In this document: positions 1 to 10,289 of the stretch, in pieces
Position numbering within the stretch: the stretch's first letter is position 1
How the letters are laid out: every line of letters starts with the position of its first letter
From: Desulfosoma sp.
GTDB lineage: Bacteria > Desulfobacterota > Syntrophobacteria > Syntrophobacterales > DSM-9756
DNA length: 64,000 bases
Assembly: GCA_037481835.1 (NCBI GenBank)
Contig: JBBFKW010000013.1
Span: forward strand, 84,576 to 148,575
Direction of reading: 5' to 3'
The notes under the pieces: model-generated
Databases searched by the model: none
What the model was told of the DNA's origin: nothing
What the model saw: the letters and a program-made list of their open reading frames with translations, nothing else
Position numbers and translations under genes: made by a program

Positions 1-1095
1 GCCATGGGACTGGCCACGCCGACCGCCGTCATGGTGGGGACGGGTTTGGGGGCCGAAGCGGGCATCCTCATCAAGAACGGCGAAACCCTGGAAAAGGCGC
101 ATCAGGTGAACATGGTCCTTTTCGACAAGACCGGGACCCTCACCGAGGGCCGTCCCGTGGTCACCGATGTGGCGGCGGCTTCGGGCATGGATCCCAGGGA
201 GGTCCTGCACCTTGCGGCGTCCTTGGAATCGGCGTCGGAGCACCCCTTGGGTCGGGCCGTTGTGGAGCGGGCGCGCCGGGATGGCGTCGGCCTTGACGAA
301 ATCCGGAGTTTTCAAGCCCTTTCCGGGCTCGGCGCCAAAGGGATCCTCGACGGGACCGAAATCGTGGTGGGAAACCGCACACTAGTGGAAAGCCTGGGCG
401 CCGACGTCTCCGCCTTGGATGACGTGGCGCAGGCCATGGTCCGGGACGGCACGACGGTGGTGTACATCCTTCGGGACAAGAAGCCGGTGGGCCTTGTCGG
501 GCTTCGAGACAATCCGAGGGATCATGCATTCGAGGCGGTCCGGGCGCTCAAGGCCCTGGGCGTTCGCGTGGGCATGATCACGGGAGACAACAGCGCGACG
601 GCTCGGGCCGTGGCGGCCTTGGTGGGGATTGAAGAGGTCTTCGCGGAGGTGCTTCCGGAGCGCAAGGCGGAAGTCGTGCGCGAAGCACAGAGCCGGGGGT
701 GGGTGACGGCCATGGTGGGAGACGGCATCAACGACGCCCCCGCCCTGGCGGCGGCGGATGTGGGGATCGCCATGGGAGGCGGCACGGACGTGGCCGTGGA
801 AGCCGGTGATATCGCCCTCATGCGCCCCGACCTGCGCCTGGTGGCCGAAGCCATGATGTTGTCCCGCATGACTTTAAAAATCATCAAGCAGAACCTGTTT
901 TGGGCCTTCTTTTACAATTCGGCGGGCATTCCCCTTGCGGCGGGGGTGTTCTACCCGCTTTTCGGGCTCCTTCTCAATCCCATGGTGGCGGCGGCGGCCA
1001 TGGCCTTCAGCTCGGTGTCCGTCGTGGGTAACGCCCTGCGGCTGCGGCGCCTGTGGCAAAAGCGCCGGCCGACCGTTGCAATCCAAGGGAAATGA
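1..1095 (+). CDS. copA: Heavy-metal (Cu+-type, P1B) P-type ATPase, C-terminal part; 5' end lies outside the window
   Basis: AMGLATP (end of the CPC helix), DKTGT phosphorylation site, SEHPL, MITGD, GDGINDAPALA, YNxxGIP and MAFSS transmembrane motifs typical of Cu+ ATPases. Confidence 0.9.
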   Translation, partial: AMGLATPTAVMVGTGLGAEAGILIKNGETLEKAHQVNMVLFDKTGTLTEGRPVVTDVAAASGMDPREVLHLAASLESASEHPLGRAVVERARRDGVGLDEIRSFQALSGLGAKGILDGTEIVVGNRTLVESLGADVSALDDVAQAMVRDGTTVVYILRDKKPVGLVGLRDNPRDHAFEAVRALKALGVRVGMITGDNSATARAVAALVGIEEVFAEVLPERKAEVVREAQSRGWVTAMVGDGINDAPALAAADVGIAMGGGTDVAVEAGDIALMRPDLRLVAEAMMLSRMTLKIIKQNLFWAFFYNSAGIPLAAGVFYPLFGLLLNPMVAAAAMAFSSVSVVGNALRLRRLWQKRRPTVAIQGK

Positions 1096-1210
1096 ATTAT
1101 AGTGACTCCAACGTCGGTTTGTCGGCTCGTCCCCGAGCGGGGACGATGGGGGTCGCAGCGGTTTCGACCCGCCGAGGCAAAAAAAGCAGATACCACTGAA
1201 GGAGGATCCT

Positions 1211-1369
1211 ATGGCTCGGTACGTATGTCAGATCTGCGGTTACGTCTATGACCCTGAAAAGGGCGACCCCGACAACGGTGTGGCTCCGGGGACCCCGTTC
1301 GAAAAGCTTCCGGACGATTGGACCTGTCCGGTGTGCGGCGCATCCAAGAGCGATTTCGCAAAAGAATAG
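1211..1369 (+). CDS. rub: Rubredoxin, 52 aa (not in the ORF track)
   Basis: Hand translation [52 protein letters not shown]; two CxxCG knuckles; GGAGG RBS at 1201. Confidence 0.96.
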   Translation: MARYVCQICGYVYDPEKGDPDNGVAPGTPFEKLPDDWTCPVCGASKSDFAKE

Positions 1370-1403
1370 CCGTCCGGTTTTGGACGTCCCGAGGAGAACC
1401 TGC

Positions 1404-1898
1404 ATGATTTTCGGATTCAATGCGGCCGAGGTTTTCCAGATCGCCGTGGAAATTGAAGAAAACGGTAAGTCCTTTTACGAAAAGGCGGCGGCCAAAATCG
1501 ACGATCCCGATGTCCAGGCGATTTTTAAAGACCTGGCCCTGCAGGAAGTGGAACACAAGAAGAAGTTCATGGAACTCAAGGCCAAGCTTCCGCAACAGGC
1601 GTCGCAATCCACCGTCTTTGATCCCAACAACGAGATGGCCAACTATCTGAAGATGATGGCCGACGGCCACGTGTTTCGAACCAGCGACAACGTGGACCGT
1701 AAGCTCGCCCAGGTGAAAGACGCCGTGGACGCCCTGCGCATGGCCATGGAATTCGAAAAGGATTCGGTGATCTTCTTTCTGAGCATGCAGGATGCGACGG
1801 AAGAGGAAAAAGGCCGGCAGTTCATCGGGCTTTTGGTCAAGGAAGAACAGGAGCACCTGAGGCGCCTGGCGCTTCAGCTGAAAAAAATGGCCCACTGA
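1404..1898 (+). CDS. Ferritin-like / rubrerythrin-family di-iron protein
   Basis: IAVEIEENGKSFY...LALQEVEH and AMEFEKDSVIFF...LVKEEQEH, i.e. duplicated ExxH di-iron motifs; GAGGAG RBS before ATG 1404. Confidence 0.88.
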   Translation: MIFGFNAAEVFQIAVEIEENGKSFYEKAAAKIDDPDVQAIFKDLALQEVEHKKKFMELKAKLPQQASQSTVFDPNNEMANYLKMMADGHVFRTSDNVDRKLAQVKDAVDALRMAMEFEKDSVIFFLSMQDATEEEKGRQFIGLLVKEEQEHLRRLALQLKKMAH

Positions 1899-1914
1899 GG
1901 CCGTGGCTTCATGC

Positions 1915-1944
1915 AGCCGGATCCTCGAGGATCCGGCTTTTTTT
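1915..1944 (+). terminator. Rho-independent terminator
   Basis: Perfect hairpin AGCCGGATCC-TCGA-GGATCCGGCT followed by a T run, 16 nt after the stop at 1898. Confidence 0.8.
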
Positions 1945-2016
1945 CGCAACGAATCCGAAGGCCCTTCAGGCGGGCCGTTACGAACGTTTTTCTTTCGTTG
2001 CGGGGTGGAACCGAGC

Positions 2017-2223
2017 ATGCGTCGTCCGGAAGTGGATTTGAGCGGCTGTGTGGATTGCGACGGGTGCATCGCCCTGTGTCCCGAGGTTTTTGCCCGAAAC
2101 GAGGCAGGCTACATCGAAGTGCGGGAATGCGCCGTCTATCCCGAAGCTTTGGTGGATGAAGCCATCATGATGTGCCCTTCGGACTGCATCTTTTGGGAGG
2201 AAGACGAGGAGCCGTCGTCGTGA
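2017..2223 (+). CDS. Single-cluster ferredoxin, 68 aa
   Basis: CVDCDGCIALCPEVF ... CPSDCI pattern. Confidence 0.88.
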   Translation: MRRPEVDLSGCVDCDGCIALCPEVFARNEAGYIEVRECAVYPEALVDEAIMMCPSDCIFWEEDEEPSS

Positions 2224-2951
2224 TCGCAGGGGAGCCGGCTGTCCGGCGGATCGAAAAGAAAAGGGTGGAAGAACTCCTGCGTGCCTCCGATTTTTCCCGC
2301 AACCTCGCCGTGTGGCGGTCTTTGCCCGCCCGCAAAGTCATCAATCCCCTGGTGTCTTTTCTCTGCTCGGCGGACGAACGCCTTCGCTGGCACGCCGTGA
2401 CGGCGGCGGGGCTCGTCACTGCGACTCTGGCGGAAGAAGACCCGGAATCGGCCCGGGTGATCGTGCGCCGGTTTCTCTGGCAGCTAAACGACGAATCGGG
2501 TGGGATCGGTTGGGGCATTCCGGAAGCCTTGGGGGAATCCCTGGCCCGAAGTCCGCTCCTTGCCGGGGAATACGCCCGTCTTGTGCTTTCCTTTATCAAG
2601 GAAGACGAAAACTACTTGGAGCACCCGCCCCTTCTTGCCGGAGCTTTGTGGGGCCTTGCCCGGCTCCTCCAAACCCGCGCCCATCTTCTTGCGGAAAGTG
2701 AAAGCCCTTTGGCGGCCTATCTCCACCACCCCGATGCCCTGTTTCGGGCTCTGGCCCTGTGGGGCTTGGGAGCCGTCGCAACGGCGCGAACGCTCCCCCT
2801 CCTCCAACGCCTGAGCACCGATGCCAGTCCGGTTCGGCTCTACCGCAACGAATCCTTTGAAGAGACCACCGTGGCGGACGTGGCTCGCCAAGCCGCCGCC
2901 GCCGTCAGAACGCGCCTCGGCCTCAGGACGCCTCCAGCGGCAAACGAATGA
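2220..2951 (+). CDS. DVU0298-family HEAT-repeat protein
   Basis: RRFLWQLNDESGGIGWGIPEALGE signature plus HEAT-like helices; GTG start overlapping the ferredoxin stop (start uncertain). Confidence 0.75.
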   Translation: MIAGEPAVRRIEKKRVEELLRASDFSRNLAVWRSLPARKVINPLVSFLCSADERLRWHAVTAAGLVTATLAEEDPESARVIVRRFLWQLNDESGGIGWGIPEALGESLARSPLLAGEYARLVLSFIKEDENYLEHPPLLAGALWGLARLLQTRAHLLAESESPLAAYLHHPDALFRALALWGLGAVATARTLPLLQRLSTDASPVRLYRNESFEETTVADVARQAAAAVRTRLGLRTPPAANE

Positions 2952-5311
2952 TGAACGTGGTGCCTCGGCCTTCCTCGGTTTCGAAGGAGAGGGTCCCCTT
3001 GTGCTTTTCCACGACCACGTTGTGGGCGATGGCCAGGCCCTGTCCCGTGCCTTTGCCCACTTCCTTGGTGGTGAAAAAGGGATCGAAGATCCGGTGCCGG
3101 ATCTTTTCCGGGATGCCCGTACCGGTATCGGCGATGCGGATTTCGCACCACTCGTCCACCACCCGCGTGCGCACGGTGATGGTTCCTTTCTCGTCACCGC
3201 GCTCGTGCACGGCGTCCTTGATGGCGTGGGCGGCGTTGACGATGATGTTGAGGAAGACCTGGTTCACTTCGCCGGGGACACAGGGCACCGGCGGCATGTG
3301 GGGATCCAGGTCCGTGACCACGTCTGCCACGTATTTCCATTCGTTTCGAGCCACCGTCAGGGTGTTTTCCAAGGCCTTGTTGATGTCCGTCGGGACTTTT
3401 TCTTCCTGCCCGGGATGGGAAAACTCCTTCATGGCCAAGACGATCTTGGCCACCCGCTGGACCCCTTCCAACGTCTGACCGATGGCTCTTGGGATTTCCT
3501 CTGTAAGATATTCCAGGTCGACGGCTTCGGCCGTTTCTTCCACGGCACGCACGGCATCGGCCAAGGCGTCCACGGATCGAGCCCCTTCCAGGAGGTTCCG
3601 GTATTTATCCTGGAGTTCCTCCAAATCCCGGAAGGCGTCCTGAAGGAACCGGGTGTTGTCGCCGATGAATTGCACCGGCGTGTTGATTTCATGGGCGATG
3701 CCCGCCGCCAATTGGCCGATGGATTCCAGCTTCTGGGCCTGAGCCAGCTGCGCCTCCAAGAGCTTCCTCTGGGTGATCTCGGCGCCCATGATGAAGATAC
3801 CCACGTCCCGTTCGTGGTCCATGCCCACAGGGTTGACGGTCAAGCCGAGGAAGCCGGGTTGTCCGTCGAGGCGTGTGTATCGAAGGTCGTCCACGCGTTG
3901 GGGCTTTTTCTTTCGACGGCAGCACTCCAGGGCCGATGCCATCCGGTCCCGCTGCCACTCGAGGGGGAGCTCTTCCAGGGTCTTTCCCAGAACGTCTGCG
4001 GCACGCATGCCGAAAACATTCTCGGCCATGGCGTTCCATCGCACGATGCGCCCTTGGGGGTCCAATCCGATGAGCACGGAAGAGATGGCCGAAATGAGCT
4101 GTTCCAATTCCCAATGGGCTTTTCGGGCTTCTTCTTCGGCCTTTTTGAGATCGGTGATGTCGAGGGAGACGGAGACGCAGCCTGCGGGGGAGCCGTCGTC
4201 GGCAGAGTAGGGGGTGCTGGTTACTCGAAAATATGCGCCCAGATGGTCGTTGTAGACTTCCCTCTCCAAAAAACGGCTGGGGGGGGCCGCCCTCATCGTA
4301 GGGGCATTGAGGGCATTTTTCGGGTAGGCCGCGGAGCATCTCGTAACAGAAGCGCCCGATGATGTCTTCTCGACGCATTCCCAGGCGCCGGGCGAAAGCC
4401 GCGTTGACTTTGCGGATGCGAAAATCCTTGTCGGTGACGTCGATCATCGCCGGGACCGCATCGAAGGTCCGTTCCCATTCTTCCTTGGCCCGGCGGAGGG
4501 CCTCTCGGGCTTCCTTCCGTTCCGTGATGTCGAAAAGAACGCCGGAGACATGATGGAGAGTGCCGTCCGGGTTGCAAAGGAGGCGCCCGCGATCCTGGAT
4601 CCACCGAACGCGCCCTTGGGCATCCACGATGCGGTATTCTCGAATAAAGGCGCCGTCTCCGTTCTTGGCTTCCTTCAGGGTTGCCGTAACGCTGGGCATG
4701 TCCTCCGGCACGATGCACTCGTTCCAGCGCTTCCGCCCGGAAAGGAAAACTTCGGGCCCATACCCGGTGACGTCTCGGATCTGATCGGAAACAAAAATCA
4801 CGCTCCAGTCTTTCAGACCCGTATAGACCACGCACGGCAGGTTTTTGACCAGCGCCGCATAGTCCTCCTTTTGCCGGCGCAGTTCCCGGGTTCTTTCTTC
4901 CACTAGGTTTTCCAGGTCTTGGAGGTATCGGCGATTGGCGAGTTCCAGTTGGCGCCGCCGTAAAGCCGCTTCCACGTCGATACGCAGGCCCGAAACCTCG
5001 AAGGGCTTGACGATGTAGCCGTAGACGCCCATGTCCCAAGCCCTTTGAGTGATCTTCGGATCGTCCAAAACGGACAAAATGAGTGTCGCCGTATCGGGAC
5101 GGGTGCGGATCACATGCTCCAAAAAATCCAAGCCCGATTCTCCCGGCATGTTCACGTCGGATATCACCAGATCGAAAGCCTTCTTTTCCAAAAGGGCGCG
5201 CGCGGCCGCCGCATTGGGCGCCGTTTCGCATTCGTGGCCGAACCCGGCCAAGGCGGCCGAAACCAAATGGCGGATGGCGTGTTCATCGTCCACGATCAGG
5301 ATGCGTGCCAT
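2923..5311 (-). pseudogene. REC-PAS-PAS-PAS sensor histidine kinase interrupted by a 1-nt frameshift near 4279-4286
   Basis: The ORF from 5311 gives REC (ILIVDD, SDVNMP, KPF) and PAS domains, then non-homologous text after CPQCPY. ORF 2923-4296 continues the PAS and has the H-box AHEINTP and N/G boxes. Removing one base gives one 795-aa ORF. Confidence 0.82.
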
Positions 5312-5375
5312 GGTTTTCTCCCTTCCGTGCGTCGCCGTGTGGGCTGTCCATGATTCAAGGCTGCGTTTTTTTCAT

Positions 5376-5392
5376 CGGCAGGATTCATGCCG
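5376..5392. promoter_or_regulatory. Candidate sigma-54 -24/-12 element(s) in the divergent intergenic region
   Basis: Minus strand CGGCATGAATCCTGC and plus strand CGGCAGGATTCATGC both fit GG-N10-GC. Confidence 0.45.
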
Positions 5393-5486
5393 GGCTTGAA
5401 AAATGCCGATCGTCATCGTGATTGGTCCGCATCCTGCTTCTCGAAAAAAGCGATCCATCCGTCGAGGTGAAACAAGGAGTCCTTCC

Positions 5487-6011
5487 ATGATCGGCGAAGA
5501 ATATGTGGTCTTTGAAATCGACGGCCAAAGCTGTGCGGTTCCCCTGAGGGCGGTACGGCGTATCGTCCGCGCGGCGGCCCTTTCTCCTGTCCCCGATGCT
5601 CCGAGGGGCCTCCTGGGCCTCCTTAACCTCCACGGCTGTTTGATCCCCGTCTACGACATGAGAGAGGCGCTGGGATATCCGCCCAAGCCCCTGGCGCCGC
5701 AGGATCGTTTCCTCATCGTGGACGACGGCTCGGGCCCCGCCGCCCTGTGCGCCGACGAAGTGCGCCATATCGGTAACGTGCAGGTGGAACCCGACATCCA
5801 AGGCCGGCGCCTCTTGGGGCACCAGAGGCTCTTTGGCGCAGTGGGCCAATGCAACGGGAAAACGGTCTTCATCGTGGATCCGGCGTCCTTGGGAAAAGGA
5901 ACCACGCCATCACACCAGGGCGTCAAAGGAAACGACGACGGGGTCATGAAGCTGACGTTCCCAAATGTCGCGATGCTCAAGGACGGGGATGCCGTGGGAG
6001 TGTGTCTGTGA
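5487..6011 (+). CDS. cheW: CheW-family coupling protein (WspB-like)
   Basis: YVVFEIDG...VPDAPRGLLGLLNLHGCLIPVYD; AAGGAG RBS. Confidence 0.85.
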   Translation: MIGEEYVVFEIDGQSCAVPLRAVRRIVRAAALSPVPDAPRGLLGLLNLHGCLIPVYDMREALGYPPKPLAPQDRFLIVDDGSGPAALCADEVRHIGNVQVEPDIQGRRLLGHQRLFGAVGQCNGKTVFIVDPASLGKGTTPSHQGVKGNDDGVMKLTFPNVAMLKDGDAVGVCL

Positions 6012-6050
6012 AGTCTCTGTGCTTTCCGGTAAAAACCGGGACAGCATGGT

Positions 6051-7616
6051 GTGTGTAAGGTGCGTGAAGGAGGGGGTGTCATCGGCGGTATGGACGGGGT
6101 GCGACGGGTGGCCGCGTGGGCTCGGGAGCACTTGGGTCTGCTGGAGGACCCTTCGGCGGCATCGGAAATTGGCCTGAAACTCGGGGCGGCGGCCCGGGCG
6201 CACGGTTTTGCCGACGCGGAGGCTTTCGTGCGCCATCTTTTCGACGATCTTTCGCCTTCGGATCGACTGCGAACGCTCGCTTCCGTGCTCACCATCGGGG
6301 AGACCTATTTTTTTCGTGAGCCCCAAGCGCTGCAGATTTTCAAGCAGGACATCCTGCCGGAGATCATGCACTTTCGGGAAGATCGCGGTCAGAGGCGGCT
6401 TGTGCTGTGGAGCGCCGGGTGCAGCACCGGAGAGGAGGCCTATACTTTGGCCATGATCGTCAAAGAAGCCCTGCACGGCCGCCCCGAGTGGGATTTTTCC
6501 GTTTCGGCGACGGATATCAATGAGAAGGCGCTGGAGATGGCCCGAGAAGGGCTTTACCGGCCCTGGTCCTTTCGAAAACCGGTGCCCCCGGAGTACCGAA
6601 AATATTTTGTGCGGCTCGAGGCTGAGAACCTGTGGCGGGTTCGAGACGATATCAAGCGGCACGTCACCTTCTCCGTGTTGAATCTGGCCTCGGCACACTA
6701 CCCTTCACCGCAGACGCACACGATGGACGTGGACGCGTTGTTTTGCCGAAACGTGCTCATGTATTTCGACCCGAAGACCCGGGCGGAGGTTCTCCGGCGG
6801 TTCCACGGGGCTTTGAACGAGGCGGGGTGGCTGATTTTGGGGGCGTCCGAGATCCACACGGCTTCGGGCGGCCCGTGGGAGTCGGTGCGTTACCCGGAAG
6901 CCGTTTTTCTTCGAAAACGCCAGGGAGGGATTTCCAGGGAAAGAAGCCAAAACGTTCCGCCTTGCAAGAGGTTTCCCGAAAACGGTCGACTCCTGGAAAC
7001 ACCGGCCTTGTTCGCTTCAGCGAGCGCCGCGGAGAAGCGCTCAGCGGACCCGACCCTGTCCTCGAAAAGGGAGACCGGTCCGGTGTCTTCCGATCATGGG
7101 ATGTGCCGTCTTTTGGCTTCGGGGCGCTTGGAAGAGGCGGTGGCTTTGGTGGAACGGGATTTGGGCGGATCTGCAGACATGCCGCTCGGTGAAGGGTTTC
7201 GGGACGCGATCCTTCAGGTGGTTCAGGCCCTGGCGGCACGAGGCCGGGCGGAAAAAGCCCTGAATCTTTTGGATCGCGTCCTTGCCGTGCACAAGTTTGA
7301 TCCCGCCCTTTACCACATGAAGGGGGCCCTCCACGCCGAGCTCGGCCAAGGAGATGAAGCCGTGGCGGCTTTTCGCCAGATGCTCTATGTGGCGCCTCAA
7401 TCAGCGACGGCGCTCTTGTCCTTGGGGATGCTGAGCCGCCGGGAGGGACATCCGGACGCGGCCCGCCGTTATCTGGAAGGTGCCTTGAAGCTGCTTGAAG
7501 GAAAAGACGACCGGGAAGAAGTGCCGTACAGCGACGGCATGTCGGTCGGCCAGACGCGGCGCATGGTTGAAAGGTTTTTGAACGGCTTGCGTGAAAGGCC
7601 AGGGGAGGGATCCTGA
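6051..7616 (+). CDS. cheR: CheR methyltransferase with C-terminal TPRs (WspC-like); start uncertain, possibly 6090
   Basis: TIGETYFFRE, WSAGCSTGEEAYT, ATDIN, FCRNVLMYF; TPR-like C-terminus. Confidence 0.92.
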   Translation: MCKVREGGGVIGGMDGVRRVAAWAREHLGLLEDPSAASEIGLKLGAAARAHGFADAEAFVRHLFDDLSPSDRLRTLASVLTIGETYFFREPQALQIFKQDILPEIMHFREDRGQRRLVLWSAGCSTGEEAYTLAMIVKEALHGRPEWDFSVSATDINEKALEMAREGLYRPWSFRKPVPPEYRKYFVRLEAENLWRVRDDIKRHVTFSVLNLASAHYPSPQTHTMDVDALFCRNVLMYFDPKTRAEVLRRFHGALNEAGWLILGASEIHTASGGPWESVRYPEAVFLRKRQGGISRERSQNVPPCKRFPENGRLLETPALFASASAAEKRSADPTLSSKRETGPVSSDHGMCRLLASGRLEEAVALVERDLGGSADMPLGEGFRDAILQVVQALAARGRAEKALNLLDRVLAVHKFDPALYHMKGALHAELGQGDEAVAAFRQMLYVAPQSATALLSLGMLSRREGHPDAARRYLEGALKLLEGKDDREEVPYSDGMSVGQTRRMVERFLNGLRERPGEGS

Positions 7617-8137
7617 TGCTGAAGGCCGAAGAAAGAGATCGGGCGATCCTGGAAAGCCGCGCCCTGGAACTGGCAAAACCTTTGGAAGAAAACGGGCTTG
7701 AGGGCGGTACGGAGGTGGTTGTCTTCCATCTGTGCGGGGAACGCTATGCGGTGGAGTCCGCCGTGGTTCGGGAAATCCGAAGGCTGGACGGGGTGACGTC
7801 CCTTCCCGGAGTGCCGGATTTCGTCATGGGAATCATGAATGTTCGTGGGGAAATCCTTCCCGTGCTGGATCTGGGGACGCTCCTGGGCCTGCCCTCGGTC
7901 CCGTTTGATGAAGAGGCGCGGGTGGTGGTGCTGAGCGGCGCAGGGATGACTTTCGGCATCGCCGCCCATGGGCTCAAAGGAACAGAAAGGCTGTCCCTTC
8001 AGGGGCTGCAGGCGGCTCCGGTTTCCGGAAACGGGTTGGCCCAGGGCGTTGTGCGTGGAGTGACCTCCGATCGGCTGATCGTCTTGGACGGCAAGGCCCT
8101 TCTTACCGACAAGGGCCTTGTGGTGGGTGCGGCGTAG
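7616..8137 (+). CDS. cheW: Second CheW-family protein (WspD-like)
   Basis: ILESRALELA N-terminal helix; LPGVPDFVMGIMNVRGEILPVLDL; TGATG coupling to cheR. Confidence 0.9.
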   Translation: MLKAEERDRAILESRALELAKPLEENGLEGGTEVVVFHLCGERYAVESAVVREIRRLDGVTSLPGVPDFVMGIMNVRGEILPVLDLGTLLGLPSVPFDEEARVVVLSGAGMTFGIAAHGLKGTERLSLQGLQAAPVSGNGLAQGVVRGVTSDRLIVLDGKALLTDKGLVVGAA

Positions 8138-8185
8138 CGGATCGCGGCGCCGTGGACGTCGTGACTGCGGCGGAAAAAACGGGAG

Positions 8186-10222
8186 GTGTGGATGATTGAG
8201 CGGTTTCAAAAGAATCTGGCGTGGAGAATGGCGCTCTATTTCGGCATTTTGATGACCGTGTCCCTCGTCCTTTTGGCGCTGGTCAGCTTCATGTATGAGC
8301 GGCGGCATCTCCAGGAGGCGGTTTTTGAGAGGTTGAGCGGCCTTCGGGAGACGCAAAAAGAGCGGCTTCAGGAATACCTGAAAGAGCGCTTGGATTTCGT
8401 GCGCCTCATCGCCCGATCCCGTGAAGTGGCCGAATTGATGGCCTTTGCCGCCGAGCTGCAAAGCTCGGGGGGGACGGCTTCGGAAGATTTGTCCTCCCGC
8501 CGTTACGGGCTTTTGGCCCAAAGAGCCCACGCGCGTCTGAGTTCCGACGAAACCTCCGGGGGCTTTGAGGATCTCGTCCTTTTTTTGCCCGATAAACCGA
8601 AAATCGTGTACGCGGCCCGCGAGGGACTTAAGACCTCCTTGGAAGACGCAGCTTTTGCCAAGCGCCTGAAAACCTTGGAACCGGTCTGGAAACAGGCCGT
8701 GAAGAAAAACTCAGTCGTTTTGGCGGATCTAAGCTTTTACGACCCTGTGGGCAAGCCCTGCTTCTTCATCGGAACGCCCGTCAAGGACGAGCAGGGAACG
8801 GTGTCCGCGGTGCTCGTGGCGGCCCTGAACATCGAGCATCTCAAGCATATCGTTGAGCAGAAAAGCGGCCTGGGGCTGACGGGAGACACCTATGTGGTGG
8901 GATTTGACGGCTTATTACGCACGCCGTCCCGATTTCTTTCAGAAGGGGAGATTTTGAAAAAGAAGGTGGAAACGGAGGCCGTGCGACGGGCTTTAACCGG
9001 GCAAACGGGGCACATCACGGCGATGGACTACAGAGGCCAAGAGGTGCTCAGCGTTTTCGGCCCTGTGGGTTTGAAGGAAACGCTTTCCGCCGATTTCGAC
9101 TGGGTTCTTCTCGTGGAAATGGATGCGGCGGAAGCCTTTTCGGCCGTGAGGCAATCGGCGCTTCGGTACGGGCTGCTGACGGTTTTCCTGGTTGTGTGCG
9201 CCGTGGCGGCGGGATTTTTGACCGCCCGCGCCATCGTTTCCCCATTGAGGAGGCTCAGGGCCGTGATCGCGGACGTGGCCCAGGGGAACTTGAGCGTTTC
9301 CATCGAAGAAACCCTGCGTGCCGATGAAGTGGGAGACTTGATGCGTGGTTTCGGGGCCATGTTGGATTCCCTCAAGGGACAGACCCGCCAGATCGTAGGC
9401 GGAGTCAACGATTTGGCGGCCTCCATCAGCCAGATTTCCGCGACGGCGGCACAACTTGCCGCCAGCTCCGCCGAAACGGCCACTTCCATCAGCGAAATTA
9501 CGGCCACGGTGGAAGAAGTGCGGCAGACGGCGCGCTTGTCCCACGACAAGGCCAAACAGGTGGCCCAGCGCTCGGAAACGCTGGCCCAGACCTCCCACGA
9601 AGGGCGTCAGGTGACGGACGATGTTTTGAAGGGCCTGCAGCGCATTCGAGAAGAAATGGAATTTGTGGCGGAAAATGTCATGCGGCTGAGCGAACAGGGC
9701 CAAAGCATCGGCGATATTATCGACGTCGTAAGGGATCTGGCGGACCAGGTGAACCTCCTTTCGGTCAACGCGGCCATCGAAGCGGCCAAGGCGGGGGATC
9801 ACGGCAAGGGTTTCGCCGTGGTGGCCCAGGAAATGCGGTCCTTGGCGGATCAGTCCAAGGAGGCGACGGAGCAGGTCAAGCAGATTTTGTCCGAAATCCA
9901 GAAGGCTACCGGCGGGGCTGTCATGGCCATCGAAAGAGGGACCAAGGCTGTGGCGGCTGGGCTCGATTTGGGCCAACGGGCCGGGGACGCCATCGGTCGT
10001 TTGGCCCAAGGGGTTGAAGAAGCGTCCGATTCGGCCCTCCAGATCGCTTCCTCGAGTCAGGAGCAGTTGGTGGGGATGGAGCAGGTCGTGTTGGCGGTGC
10101 AAAACATACGAGAAGCCGGCGTGCAGAACACGGAGGCGGCGCGCCAGCTGGAGGCGGCCGTTCGGGATCTGGAACGGCTCAGCCGCACATTGACGGAGAT
10201 TGCTTCACGCCTTCGGGTCTGA
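8186..10222 (+). CDS. Methyl-accepting chemotaxis protein (TM, Cache-like domain, TM, HAMP, signalling domain)
   Basis: Two TM helices, HAMP (DEVGDL), [34 protein letters not shown] hairpin. Confidence 0.95.
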   Translation: MWMIERFQKNLAWRMALYFGILMTVSLVLLALVSFMYERRHLQEAVFERLSGLRETQKERLQEYLKERLDFVRLIARSREVAELMAFAAELQSSGGTASEDLSSRRYGLLAQRAHARLSSDETSGGFEDLVLFLPDKPKIVYAAREGLKTSLEDAAFAKRLKTLEPVWKQAVKKNSVVLADLSFYDPVGKPCFFIGTPVKDEQGTVSAVLVAALNIEHLKHIVEQKSGLGLTGDTYVVGFDGLLRTPSRFLSEGEILKKKVETEAVRRALTGQTGHITAMDYRGQEVLSVFGPVGLKETLSADFDWVLLVEMDAAEAFSAVRQSALRYGLLTVFLVVCAVAAGFLTARAIVSPLRRLRAVIADVAQGNLSVSIEETLRADEVGDLMRGFGAMLDSLKGQTRQIVGGVNDLAASISQISATAAQLAASSAETATSISEITATVEEVRQTARLSHDKAKQVAQRSETLAQTSHEGRQVTDDVLKGLQRIREEMEFVAENVMRLSEQGQSIGDIIDVVRDLADQVNLLSVNAAIEAAKAGDHGKGFAVVAQEMRSLADQSKEATEQVKQILSEIQKATGGAVMAIERGTKAVAAGLDLGQRAGDAIGRLAQGVEEASDSALQIASSSQEQLVGMEQVVLAVQNIREAGVQNTEAARQLEAAVRDLERLSRTLTEIASRLRV

Positions 10223-10289
10223 TGGGGGAAATGAAGGCCTGCGGGGGCGTGGAAGACTGTGAAAGATACGGAGGCCGAAAGGGCGGGCC

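Noticed and set aside
3689..4290. C-terminal ~200 aa of the 540-aa ORF as a real domain
   Set aside because: Arg/Gly-rich out-of-frame read-through past the frameshift; the kinase frame carries the homology
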